A DNA stretch of 64,000 nucleotides from Antedon mediterranea (lineage: Eukaryota > Animalia > Echinodermata): the NCBI RefSeq assembly GCF_964355755.1, contig NC_092674.1, forward strand, positions 7,874,001-7,938,000, written 5' to 3'. Positions within the stretch are counted from its first letter, which is position 1. Each line of letters begins with the position of its first letter. Positions 50,833 through 64,000 of this stretch are shown here, piece by piece. A program made the translations under genes and the position numbers. Below the pieces are notes generated by a model. It worked only from the letters and a program-made list of their open reading frames with translations. It was not told where the DNA came from and searched no databases.

Positions 50833-53800
50833 TGTAATATAACGATATACTTTTATATTTAAGAAATTGACCTTTGTATCGGAATTCAAATAGGTTCACA
50901 AACTTGACCCAGAAAGTCCAGAGGAGAGTTTGTCCAGATGTTTTAATGACCATTTAGTTTATAATAGAATCCCTAAAGAAAACACTTAGCTTAATTTTGT
51001 GACTGTTCCCATCGTAAAACAATTAGATATTAACAGTTTTAAGCAGAGATTTGACAGGGCCAATTCATCATTGTAACCTTCCCAGATAAGATCAATCACT
51101 CCCACTTAAACACCCCTGGGTCAACTTAGGACCAATCGTTACCCTCACAGATTACGTAATTGACATATGCTAATGAACTGAGCCAATATACTCCCAAGTT
51201 TCAGAAGAGCCCAGACACACCTCACAGCCACTTCTTCAGAAAAACATCTACACCTCACAGCCACTTCTTCAGAAGATTATCTACACCTCACAGCCACTTC
51301 TTCAGAAGCAAACCTACACACTTCACACCTCACCGACAGCGTCATTGATCCCCCGTTCCTTATCTATACTTATAGTTATATATGTGTGTTACGACAGTCA
51401 AGCGAGTCAGAGTCTTTCATTAGTACCTCAACACAACATTATATTACATGGTGGAAGACCCAAATTTCATAAGGAACAGAGTGAGAAAACAAGAAATAAA
51501 CACTTAACAAGACACGAAGACGAAGACGAAGACAAAAATAACCATATTTGTTTGAAAGGAGAAAACCAGAAATTTACTTTGACTCAAAAGACAAGCTGAA
51601 ATTATATTTGAATGAGATCGAGACAAGCAGAAATTTTATCAAATTATTACCATTGGATGAAGACAAAGAAGATAATCGAGGAAGACACAAAAGACAAGCT
51701 GAAATTATATTTGAATGAGATCGAGACAAGAAGAAATTTTATCAAATTATAACCATTGGATACAGACAAAGAAGATAATCGAGGAAGACCCAAGAAGAAT
51801 CAAAACAGAAGCAAGCGGACAAGAACTGTTTCGTTTGGACACTTTCAACTTCACGCCGTTTTTTTCGATCGTTTTTTTTAACATTTATTTTTTTTGACCA
51901 TTTTGAACATTGATGAACACCTTTCGCATTTTTTTAATTCGTTGTTTGAACATTTAAACATTTTTGAACACTTTTTGCTTTCCTTTAATTAATTTTTAAT
52001 TGGATCCGAAGCATTTGGGGTAAGTAAAAACCATTTTGATTTTTGATTTGTAACCTTGATTGAAAAGTGAGAGTTTACATATATACACACTAAAATTGTT
52101 TTTTAAATTGTTAAAATAATTGTTGAATAAACCCGCCGATAATAATAATGAGAAAATTCAGAACACCGTTAACGTAGTAAATGACGAAACCAATGTTGAA
52201 TTTGTAGATGAACATGATATGACACCCACCCAATTGCAATCAGATACCTTTACACATCCAACTAAAGTAGAACCCCTTAACTTGCAACCTTACATTGACT
52301 GTGTAGAGAATAACATGGGATTAGCAGCCCCATTCCAAATGAAAGAAGAACAAATTAAGGAACAAACTAATCTAATTATGACAGCACCTAATGATTCAAA
52401 TATGAAATTAAACCGAGGTAGATTTAAAGCAGGACATTTCCAAGTTTTAGTTTCATATTCTAAACCAACTTCAGCCAAACGCAACACCGATAAAACAAAA
52501 CAAGAATCTAATGATCGCAAATTTTGGTGGAATATTGACAGATATAACGATACAGATAAATTAATTAAAGAGATTATTAATGATAAACAGATACCGATAA
52601 GTGGATCGCCAAAACGATTCATAAAACGTTTAAATAATGCAACGAGTTACTGATTTAATTTTTTTTTGCAAGATTATTTTTATATTACGACATTTGCTAA
52701 ATTAATAATAGCATAGTCTACGTATTTAATGAGATTTGTTTAGTAATGATGTGATTTCAGTTAAAAGAGAATTAAAATTATGATTAAGTATTGATTTTGT
52801 AACGAGTTTTTGATAATGATTAATTTTGAATTTTGATGATCGATATATTGAGATATCGAAAAGAACGACAAGCATTTTGTAACAAATATTTTGTTTAACC
52901 TTTTAGTCGTTAATCTCAAGCATTAATTGATATACAATAACAGGAGATTTTCTTAGTACTTTTAATTGTAATTTTTTTTTTTGACATTGAGTACAAAAGT
53001 CGAATTTGTCGACCGATTAAAATCGTAATTACCTGTAAATATAAATGCTTAAATCGATAAAGTTGTGACGATAACGATATATTGTGGATAAGTTTGTGCC
53101 AACGGGACACACACATTCGTTTCTTTAAAGTTTTAAGTGATTAAGTTTGATATTTTGATTTTAGGCTAATCAGAAACAGTTTCTTGAATTTTATGTTTTG
53201 ATTTGATGATTTATGTTTGAAGACCATTAGAACGCGATGAGTTGTCGCACGATTTGATGTATGTTCAATGTAACATACTATTTTTAAGTTTTGTAATTTT
53301 ATTTTCTAACTGATTTATGTTTGATTTACGCGAATTTTATACCAAATTCATATTTAATTTTAATCTTTTTTAAGAGAGAGAAGAGAGAGAGAGTGAAAGT
53401 GATAAGGTTACACTTCAGAGTCAATGGTTTTGGCTAACTCAATTTTGCATATATGTATAATAATGTTTTTTTTCTTTTATATAACTTTAATTTTGCATGC
53501 CACTATTATAACCATTTTTATATTTAAAATAGATTAGAAAAAAAAGGGAAACAGAGGGATGTAATATAACGATATACTTTTATATTTAAGAAATTGACCT
53601 TTGTATCGGAATTCAAATAGGTTCACAAACTTGACCCAGAAAGTCCAGAGGAGAGTTTGTCCAGATGTTTTAATGACCATTTAGTTTATAATAGAATCCC
53701 TAAAGAAAACACTTAGCTTAATTTTGTGACTGTTCCCATCGTAAAACAATTAGATATTAACAGTTTTAAGCAGAGATTTGACAGGGCCAATTCATCATTG

Positions 53801-54207
53801 TAACCTCCCAAGATAAGATCAATCACTCCCACTTAAACACTCCTGGATCAACTTAGGACCAATCGTTACCCTCACAGATTACGTAATTGACATATGCTAA
53901 TGAACTGAGCCAATATACTCCCAAGTTTCAGAAGAGCCCAGACACACCTCACAGCCACTTCTTCAGAAGAACATCTACACCTCACAGCCACTTCTTCAGA
54001 AGAACATCTACACCTCACAGCCACTTCTTCAGAAGCAGACCTACACACTTCACACCTCACCGACAGCATCATTGATCCTCCGTTCCTTATCTATACTTAT
54101 AGTTGTATATTGTACTGAAGTATTATACTGAATAAACAATATATGTGTTACGACAGTCAAGCGAGTCAGAGTCTTTCATTAGTACCTCAACACAACATTA
54201 TATTACA
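50833..54207 (+). mobile_element. Non-autonomous LTR element, copy 2
   Basis: LTRs at 50833-51448 and 53560-54207 with 33-bp internal subrepeats (CACCTCACAGCCACTTCTTCAGAAG); same PBS and PPT as copy 1; TSD ATAA. Confidence 0.92.
52120..52653 (+). CDS. Orphan ORF inside the non-autonomous LTR element (homologue at 47277-47696, minus strand); possible integrase C-terminal or chromodomain-like remnant
   Basis: Frame largely open in both copies; LNRGRFKAGHFQVLVSY...KFWW. No canonical ATG at the ORF start. Confidence 0.35.
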   Translation: MLNKPADNNNEKIQNTVNVVNDETNVEFVDEHDMTPTQLQSDTFTHPTKVEPLNLQPYIDCVENNMGLAAPFQMKEEQIKEQTNLIMTAPNDSNMKLNRGRFKAGHFQVLVSYSKPTSAKRNTDKTKQESNDRKFWWNIDRYNDTDKLIKEIINDKQIPISGSPKRFIKRLNNATSY

Positions 54208-55714
54208 ATAATTTAGTATTATTGACGATTAAATCGAATTTATGATTTGCCACGAATAGGGGTGGTTTTCACAAATTGTTTTACAATATATAAACATATT
54301 ATACACGTCGTAGTGATGTATCGTTACATGTAGTGTACTATTTCAATCAACTAGGACGGTGATAGTTTCAACAAAGTATTACATCGCAATGTTTTACTGT
54401 GTTTAGTGGTATATTATTTGTAAAACATGAAAACAATTAATATTTCGTTACTACATCGATAAAGAATATATTTAAAAATTGTTCCTCTTTGCACCCATTC
54501 TCTTTCCCATCCCTCAACCTAATGTTACATACAAAACACAAATTAAGTTTGTTTAAATTTGACTTAAACAATTGGTCTCATTTTGTGACAAGTTTCTCTT
54601 TCGGAAGTAATTCCCAGGGTGCTAATTTTAGTTCAGTACATAAATCACAGTGTCTATGTATTCGTTCCCGTAAACGACATGTATTATTGTCCTGCGGTAC
54701 GTATATTTGAAATCGCCAGTTTTTTAACGCTGAAATTATTATGTATTCGAGAACCATCTGTGGGCACGACCTAGATGGTACACGAGCGAAGCGTACCATT
54801 TCCACCATACAATGAACCCGTTCTAAAAACGAAAAAAAAATGTGGAAAATGGAGGGAAATGTAGAAGAAATGAATATGATATATGCTGAATCGACAAGGT
54901 GAGAATAATGTATGATCCTATGAAGAAAATGAAGGGCCTAGAGAGAAGGGATGGGGTAGATGATGATTACAATAATATATAGTCCTACTTTACATCAAAA
55001 CTGAAACCACTGAATATGTATATATGTTTTGCTTCTTTATTCATCAAACTGATAACTTTACAACCATTTTTTATTTACTGTATATGTTTTTGAATACCAT
55101 AACCTTTTATCACTACGTACAAAAATTATTCATATATATATAGGTCTTGGGGTGAGGAAAGGGTTTTCCGTCAAAAGAAAACTAAAAAATAAATACAAAT
55201 TTTAAAATAAGTGGCGTGGATCGAACATTGGTGTTTATAAAGAGATTCGTTTTGTATTTTTGACAATTGTGACGATATGCATCAATACATTTTTATAATA
55301 ACAATAGACTATCAAGCTTAGCTATTTACTTAAGAACTGACTTAATATTAACAATAATTATAGAACGTAAACATGTTATACTTAGGTGGTATGGGTTTAT
55401 GTTCACTAATATTTCTAAATACACTGATATAAATATTATTATTGTGCAGCTGATCTAATACTGCCAAAACTTATTGGATTACACATATTTATTACATTTT
55501 ACATTTTACGTCTGAACTTTTATGCAAAATAAGTAAATATGCTAAAATTAATTACCTTTATAAAGTTGAAGTTATGTTAATTTTATTTATAATCACTAAT
55601 TTCTTCATAATGTTTCATTGGTAATTTATATTTTATTATACAGAATTATTCGTTGTAAAAAGAAAGCCATATATATGGCTGCAGTCGCGTGCTCAAGTTA
55701 GTGTTTACCGACTA

Positions 55715-56541
55715 AAGCCCTTTTCTCACAGAGCTGAGTGCCAGGAATATTGCGGGAATATACCATTACCATGCCGGTATGGTTTTCTGTGAGAACGGGT
55801 CGTCTTGACATCATGCCGGCACCATGCTGGCATCGACATGACCTGCTTTAGACCTAGTAATATTCTAGGGATATTCCCCGCAATGCCAGACGGGCATTCT
55901 GTGAGAACGTAACGCCGTTATATTCCGGGGTTCCCTGTCGAGGCTTCAGACACCTTGCGCGGTCAAGTGTATCACTTTGGCGCCGATTCAATTCAATTAA
56001 CAATAATAATGTTGAACTGGAGGGATAATGAGATAAGAGAGCTGCTTAAAATAAGGGGACAAGAAGAAATTTGTAGCATAATCTATAGCAGGCCTAGGCC
56101 ATATAGGCCTAGCTCTTTGTTGGTGCCTAACTAGCCTGACCCTTCGTCGCCTTGTAAATTGTACAGCCTTCTAAGGTGTTTTACAGATTGCCGATCGGCT
56201 AATTAATTGCTGTACCTGTATAATATATGCACAATATACTGTACATAGCATGTATTGCATAAATATGCTATAAAGGAAGATAACAATCTGTAACCTAACA
56301 TTCGCCTACATTATATCCCTAGACAAAAATAATAACAATAAAGGATGCCCTCAATAATTATTTTGTCAGAGACTTTTTATTGGCCGAATATGCCCGACAC
56401 CTTTCTCACAGAAAGCCGGTATATACCGGTTATATTTCCGGCACGATAGTCCGATGAGAATGGGTATATGCCGGTAACGATACCGGCACGACGCCAGCAC
56501 TGTACCGGTATATTGCAGTAACATCTGTGAGAAAGGGGCTT
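55715..56541. mobile_element. MITE (PIF/Harbinger-like TIR) inserted in the HINE of the copy C segment
   Basis: TIR AAGCCC(T/C)TTTCTCACAGA at both ends, flanked by TA (or TWA). Absent at the homologous site near 310. Confidence 0.75.
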
Positions 56542-58713
56542 TAGTGAGCTGTAGAGTCGCGTTACGTTTATCATACAAAACATACACAAATTCCGATTTA
56601 CATATTTTAGTCAAAAAGCGCTAACGAACGGTTACGAGACATGTCCGAAATAAAGGTAGATTCCATCTGTATAAAAATAACAAATGATATTATGTCGGTG
56701 TATAATACTGTAGTACTTTTGCCGATAGAGGGCTATCGCATCGGGACGGTAAATGAAATGGACGGTAATTAAGCGAGCGTGGCGGTTATTTGGAAACAAA
56801 CACGATGGCGGTCAATATACCCTTCCCCTTCCTTCCTTTCCTGGACATAGTCCGCAGAGCCTGTACACGCGGGTTTATGGGCATGTTTGGCAAGTTTTTT
56901 AGTTAGCAAAGTTCAAATGGATGGACTTTAAAACCTCAAAAGAGGCGTACTTGTAGTGGGTATTATAGGTTGGCACTCCTACATAAAACATATGATGTAT
57001 TAATTACTACAACTAAATTGAAAAACCTGCCACGTGTATTCGCTTCGACCATTTACTGTTCCAATGAGAACTGAACGGAGTATACTGTCTGCACATGCGC
57101 AGATTAATATTTTGTATAAATCATCGTATCCATTCATCTATACCGCCCCCTTTCGCTTACCGTCCTGAAGTGAAAGCTCACTACTGTTGTTGTTGCTGCT
57201 TGCACTGTATACAACATTTATTTTACCTGTCAACTTCTCATGTTGTTGTACTGTATACAACTTTTCTTCTACTTGTCAGCCTCATAACTTTTCATGTTAT
57301 TGACTGTTACTTGAGCTGTTCGTCCCTTCATTTGCATAGTATGTGGACAAACCAGGTTGGGACGGTTCTTGAACTGATGATGAAATTGTATTTCTGAAAT
57401 AATAACTGTATTTCATTTTTTTTTTTTTGCAGAAGAGTTTTTATTTGAAGAATTCATTCTATTTTTGACTGCAACTTTATTTCCAATTTCGGTATTCGTG
57501 TTTCCGCCCGTAATTTAAGAAACAACAATATCCTTTGTGTTCCCTTTTGTAGAATCAATATTCTTAAAAATGGTTACATCAGTAGATTAAGTTTATCTTA
57601 TAATAGTTTAGTCCAGGCCCATCCCCATATCGACATTTTTAATTCCAATCTTTATCTGTTACGTTGTAATTTAAGTGTTTCTTTGTATCTGTTAAACCAA
57701 GCTGTAAGTGGTGGATTTGTTTCTGCTGCTGTTTCTGGTTTTAAAAATAAAATAAAATAAAAATAAAAGGAATACAAAATTAAAATTGTTTTAGATAGGC
57801 ATAGACCTCAATTTAAATTATATTAAAAAAGAAGTCAACCAGCGTATTGAAAAGCAAGATTCTTTATCATTCCCGACAACTAAAAGTTTATTATATACTG
57901 CACCCCCTTTCCTTCACTCCTGAACAAATAATTTTTCAAAAGTTATTTCAGCCATTTTATTACTGCATAATATAGGTATTTACTTGGACCGAAAATTGGA
58001 CTTTAAAAAATTATTTGCTGATTTGAAGATCTGATGAAGAAAAAAACTAGTCAATGATCTGAAAGTCAATGGGTTTTGGTTCATTTAATTGTTTATTTAA
58101 TTTTTTCATAAGCAAAATCATTATTATCATTTTTTTTTAGCAAAAGTGAAAAAATATTAAATTAAAAATGGCCTATTAAAAGATTTAGTCATCTCACAAT
58201 GTACTTTTAATCAGTGAAATGTTATTAAATTATAGTCGCGGAAGAGTCGGGAATGCCTGGGATATATTTTTCCTATTGTTAAACCTTTTGGAATCTATAT
58301 TTTGAGTTTTCTTCTATATTTCGAATTTTAAAAATGTTTTTCTTTAGGCTAGCCTACTACTTGTTTCAGTTCCAGCAAAGTCTTAATTGTTGTATCTAGA
58401 TCATCCTATCAAATTATTTATTTATTTTGATTCCAATTAAATCTTACTGTAAGCTATTTTACACGTGTCTGCTCTAATGATTATTATTCATATATGTTAA
58501 CACTAAAAATTGCAAATCTCTAATATACCAACGAGAACGTGAGAATTAGCGGGGTTGCTTTTCAAACTACCACATCTAAAAAAAAATTGTATTTACATTA
58601 TTTACATCAGTTGATTTTTATGTAGTATGTTTAGCGACAGCATCGATTTGATTGTTTTCCCTTCAGTATTTCTTCTCTAATAAGGGGAACTCAGTAGTAG
58701 TATTTTTCATTTT

Positions 58714-61700
58714 TCAATGATTACTATAAACTTGATCCTGTACAGAATCAGACTCGGAGTTTGCATAAATAAATTCAGGCGGACACGTAGTAACAGTAAC
58801 CTCAATATCTTCATATACACTTTGTTCATATTTTTCCGACAAACTGTGATAATCAGTATCTATTGTGCATACATTTTTTTGAACAGTAGAGGATTCACCA
58901 GCGTCTTTTTCTGAATCTATACGTCTACATCTAAAATAAACAAAGTGTATGTATATTTACTTCATCAACGGATCTCTTTTTTTAGAAATAATTTGATCGT
59001 AACATTCGTAAGTCATAGTCATTATCTAAAGTCTTTTCATTTTCAACCACAGTAACAGTCTAAGAGTGATACTTTACCGTTTCGATATCATCAAGGTGAT
59101 AACAACTGTGAGAATTATCCAGAGTACTGATGATCCAATTACAACTCCTATTAGTATTACGTAATCTGAAAAACATGAAACATGTCACATTGTTATAGTT
59201 GTCATTTTTAATGTATGTAGAATTCTAGGTCTAAATCTCTTCGACTGTTTTCATTAACAACACTAACACTTTATCTCAAGCAATCTCAATACACACCTAA
59301 TTGCTCTTTTTGGCTTGGATCACAATTGGTTCCAAACCAAAATTTCTTTGTGTCAGATGTACTGTTATTGTTTACATATGATGCAAATACTGTGAATGTA
59401 TATTCTATACTTGGCTCAATTTCTTCACCAAATAATACAAGTTCAGTTTCTGTTGTACTTCCTTGCTGAAAAATTCTACCTGACAATTCATAATAGTAGA
59501 TCAGCTGATAGTCTGTGATGTCACACGTAGGAGATTTCCACTTTATCACAAAATGTGTTCCATTTGTGAATGGCCCACTTTCAATCGCTGGCTCTGGCAT
59601 TACAAAATAGAATATATAATGAATTATTATAAGCCTAATCTGTTTGTTATAAGGATGGTAACATGTCTAGAATAGGAAATAGTAAACATTTCACTCTTCC
59701 CTGATTAGGACTATTATATATTTTAGTGAATGGTCAACCAACCTGACGGAGCTGTTTGTATCTTTGTATTTTGTCCCCAATTACCGACAATATCCATATT
59801 ATTAATAACTCGAGCGTTTACGACATATTCAGTACAACTTGATAATCCTGATAGTTCAACTTCTAATTGAGAACTGTTTGTTGTGTTGACAACATCTTGT
59901 GTATTTCCATCAATCTCCGAGTATTGCACTTGATATCGAAGAATATAGTTACATTGGATGCTATCATGATTATTAGATACAGGCTGAAAATACAACAACA
60001 AACATTCAGGTAAGGTAGATTGATTGATTGATTTTATTCGATATTCATACATAAAAAGTTAAAATATACAATGTATTAAAAGAATACCTGGATAACCCAT
60101 TAAGTCGACAAAAAAGTAAACTTATTTCCAATGGGGTCCAATCCGTAATGACTGAAAAGTGAGTGGTTGGGCCTAGTACAATTATCATTAAGTATGACTC
60201 AGTAAAAATGAAAAAAACAAGAAAATACATACAAGACAAGATAACATCAAAAAAACAATATTAAAAATAACTTAATTAAACTGAAATTCCAAGCTGTAAA
60301 ATGTGTATGACAGCTATGACATGGAAACCTGGGGCTGGGGAAAGTCGGACGGCCCAAAACAACATGGCGGAGAACAGTGGAATAAGAGGGAGAAACCCTT
60401 AAATGTAGGACATGTAACGAATCAAAACTATAACCAACTGGAAAATTGCCATTGCAGCCTTATGGCCCACGAGGCCTGAAGAGATTGGGTAAGGTAAAAT
60501 ATAACCAAAATACAGTAAATGACAAATACCGTTGTTTGGATATGATACTGGTAACCGTTAACAATTTTCGATTTAATATTTAAAATCTAAAAAAAATAGA
60601 GAATACTACTACTGAACTATAGGCAATGGAATATCTGCGGACCATTTTAGAAACTATTTACGTCATTAAAACCTAAAACAGCAACATAATGTATACTTTT
60701 AGGTGACAGAACATTTGAGGAACCTTTGAGAAACCATTTACGTCATGAAAACTATGTAATACTTTCACTAAACATACATAAATACCAATAACATAATTTA
60801 TAATGTATGAAACATTCTAACAAACAAGAATAAATCTATATTAAACAATGTACCTTTACACTCACGATCATCTGATTATCTTCAACGGTTTTTAATTCTA
60901 TCTCAGGTTCTTCTAAAGGCTCTATTTCATAATACAACAAATCAATTTCAAACAGTAGGTAAGTCGATGTTAGTAGTTATAGATTTACGGCCTATTATAG
61001 ACCTAAAATAAATGCAGTTGGTTAATTTGCTGATCACAGTAATATAACTAATATACTTTGTATTGTTTTACATGATTTTGGTGTAATAATAGAGCTTACC
61101 TAAACAGATTGTGTTTGTTGTTCCAAGTGTACTTCTTGGTCCATCTATCTCAATACCACCAACCATCCTCGAAAATTGAGAGTAGAACTGAACTTGAGTA
61201 TTTGGGATGAGATTATCAATAACAATAATTACATCGTTTTCTGGTTTAACTATAGCTGTAAATGAATCCATCTGCGATGATTTATACGAAAGCTTCCGTT
61301 TCGTAATTGTTCCTGTTCCATAGTCTTCACCAGGAATCCAAGTGACGTCAAATGCTATATTTGTTGCTGTCTGTTTTACAACACTTGGCGGTTCAGAACG
61401 ATATGGCAATGCTAATTGTTATAAATGCAAAGTGTTTTGTAAAAACTGTAAGTTTTAACTAAGTAACTCATTTGAATAAGGGATAGCAAAAAATGCTGAT
61501 CATATGTCATCATGGAGGATCTTGAATATGTCACATATTAACAGATTGTATTTTTTATAATTTAATAGAATTACCACTTCACCACGTCACATTTGATTAC
61601 GGTAAAGTATCAAGTGCTCGACTACAATAGTTGATGCCAATGCTAGTAGTAGGCCTACCAATACCATGCTTGCATCAAGCTACTGCAGTATTATGTTGTA

Positions 61701-64000
61701 TTATGCCTATCTATCCAAACTGAAAAATACACTTTTTATATTTGTTTATTATCGTTACCTATGCTGCATTCATTTCCAGTCCAAGCCTCATGACATCCAT
61801 TAGGGCAAATTCCATCTCGATTGCAATTTACAGAATGTTTGCAGTGACATGGATAGTTACACAAAACACCAAAGAATCCGGATGGACAGAACGGAGGTAC
61901 TATTATAAAAAAAACAAGTACATATAATTTTAAAAACAAAACGTTTTTTTAAATAGATTTTCCATAAAAGATATGACTATAAAACGATATCTTTTGGATT
62001 TAAGGTAAAAAAACTATCATGGAGCCATGGTTTTGAATATTGAATAATATTTATATAGTAAGTTAACTTTAGTTAGCAAAACCAAACAACCTAAATAAAT
62101 CAGAAATTGAGTGAAATACTTGGCAATATAGAGATAGCAACAGTGCTATTTATTATTTTGGCCCATATATTGAATATAATATATATATAAATAACTCGAG
62201 ATTTTAATCAAAATTTGTCACCAATACATCAATTGTTCTGACAATCAACAGATATGTCTGGAAGTATATACCTATTAACACCTAACAATTCAGGAAGAAG
62301 ATTTTGGGCGCAACCGTGCAAACAAACAATCAAAAACAAAGAAACAAAGCAAGTACTATACTTAGCAAATTTATACTTTGCTAAGTAACAATTGTGGTTA
62401 ATTGTGGTACAGTAGTATCACAAGGGTGTATACTTTTAGAGTATACAGTACCTTGACAAGTATCACCAGTGTATCCATCCAAACAGTCTGACCCGGATGA
62501 ACATCCTGTGTGTTTATCACAAACACTATCGTCACAGTGACATTCTTGGCGACAATCAGCTCCATAGTATCCAGCCCCACACACTATAAAACGTAGTTAA
62601 ATATTATTCACAGATAATATTATGTTTACAGTTTTCACATCTTATTCTATCATTATTTCTTATCTTACTTGAGTGAACATGTAATAATCATTACAATAAT
62701 ATTATAGTATAATCATATTATAGCAATAACTCTAATACAGTATAAATTATAAACTTTTTAAATCTATATATAATTTTACATAAGGGCACATTTTAGTAAC
62801 AATAACCTGTACTACAATCATTTCCTCCAAAACCATTGATGCATGTACAACCAACTGGATCAGGTGGACAAAAAAGTATTCCAGTACAATTCGCACCCTC
62901 GCTGCTACACACAGAGTCGCATTTACGACCCCAGTTGTTATTTCCACAACCTATCGCAAATAAAATACATACAATAACGTTCAATGTATGTTTATTTGTT
63001 AATTACACGTCCACGTATTTTAGCAGTTTATATTTAGGCCTACCGTTTTCACAAGAATCACCGTTGAATCCTGCTGGGCAAATACAAACACCCGTCTTAT
63101 CGTCACACACTCCGCCATTATAACAAACGGGACAGTTCATTTCACAGTCTGGAGGGTTCCATTTTGGTGAGGGACAAGCTAAGAAAGCATTTAAAATAAA
63201 TATAACTATACGATTATATTGGTTTGTATATTTTTGCTTAGTACAAACAGAATACTGCGACTAATGTTTAAGTTTTAAGTTTGTACATCATGTTTTCCAA
63301 ACTAGCATTTCAAATCTCAAAACTACATTATAAACTAATTTTAAACTAAAATAAACGTATTTCATTTCAAAATGTACTTTTCTTTTGTACCATTTTTCAA
63401 TAATATTCCTATAAATCTTTGTCAATGCTGTTTTTTTTTTTAACGTAGAATTATTATTATATCAACCGACCACATCAAATAATTCTCATTTGTATATAAG
63501 GAACTATTTTATCTGACGTTTTTCCATCTGTTTAATTAATATGTAATAAATGTTATAACTTACTTCTAACAATAAGTCTCATGATAACATGGTTACCATC
63601 AGGGCTATCACCTGTATAACATTCATATACGCCATCATCTTTTCTTCGTATGTTTCCAATCACAGCAGACGTTTTACCCGTCATATTGTGTATTTCCTTT
63701 CCATAATTATGTCTCCAGCGTAAATCGTCAAGATCACCACCTTTACTGAGATTGATAGTGACAGACTCCCCTATACCGACCGTAGTCGTTCTGTGCTCCA
63801 TTTCAATATTGGCTGTAAAAATTGAATCAATAGGTCTTACAAACTAAACGTAATTATGTAATGGGCTGATGTGTTTTTCTAGTTAACAATCACCTCTATA
63901 AAAAAAATTAATTGATAATTTAAGGACGGGATTGCATGGCATTACTCACCAGAAGCAGATTTCAATATTATTGCTGTATGTGTGACTACTCCATTTTTCT
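58714..64000 (-). CDS. Tie-like kinase-less ITAM receptor (copy C), 5' end outside the window
   Basis: Exon-for-exon near duplicate of copy A (ORF track 59286, 59723, 61068, 61736, 62381, 62793, 63553). Stop TGA at 58714-58716; ITAM at 58804-58851. The window ends inside the Ig1 exon. Confidence 0.88.

Larger units (their letters stand above)
55427..64000 (+). repeat. Segmental direct duplicate of positions 1 to about 8350
   Basis: Colinear high similarity across introns and 3' flank (e.g. TGTGCAGCTGATCTAATACTGCC near 18 and near 55443). The copies differ by copy-specific insertions. Confidence 0.95.

Noticed and set aside
54578-54808. 76-aa ORF with an upstream acceptor-like site
   Set aside because: No recognisable motif or partner exons.

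Overview
AT-rich, intron-containing animal DNA, probably a marine invertebrate deuterostome such as an echinoderm (inferred from gene type and repeat content). The window holds a tandem cluster of minus-strand, multi-exon receptor genes: copy A (2528-9079, 13 exons, 826 aa), copy B (12341-19910, 13 exons, 822 aa) and copy C (58714 to the window end, a close duplicate of A). Two decayed 5' relics lie at about 20665-21245 and 49743-49806. The ectodomain is Tie/angiopoietin-receptor-like (signal peptide, Ig1, Ig2, 4 EGF, 3 FN3, TM). There is no kinase: a ~70-aa tail carries a canonical ITAM (YxxL-x8-YxxI) and two YxN motifs, making this a candidate diversified activating immune/recognition receptor family. 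Between B and C lies a giant foldback (about 4-kb arms, centre near 36900, outer ends near 23043 and 49397). Six independent insertions have expanded it to about 26 kb: two MULE-type MITEs, a Mag-like Gypsy, a pol-deleted Gypsy, and a non-autonomous LTR element with a full-length CR1 LINE nested in its LTR. Also present are a second copy of that LTR family, BEL/RTE/CR1 remnants, HINE-like elements, MITEs and a perfect 16x47-bp minisatellite. All alignments and counts were made by eye.
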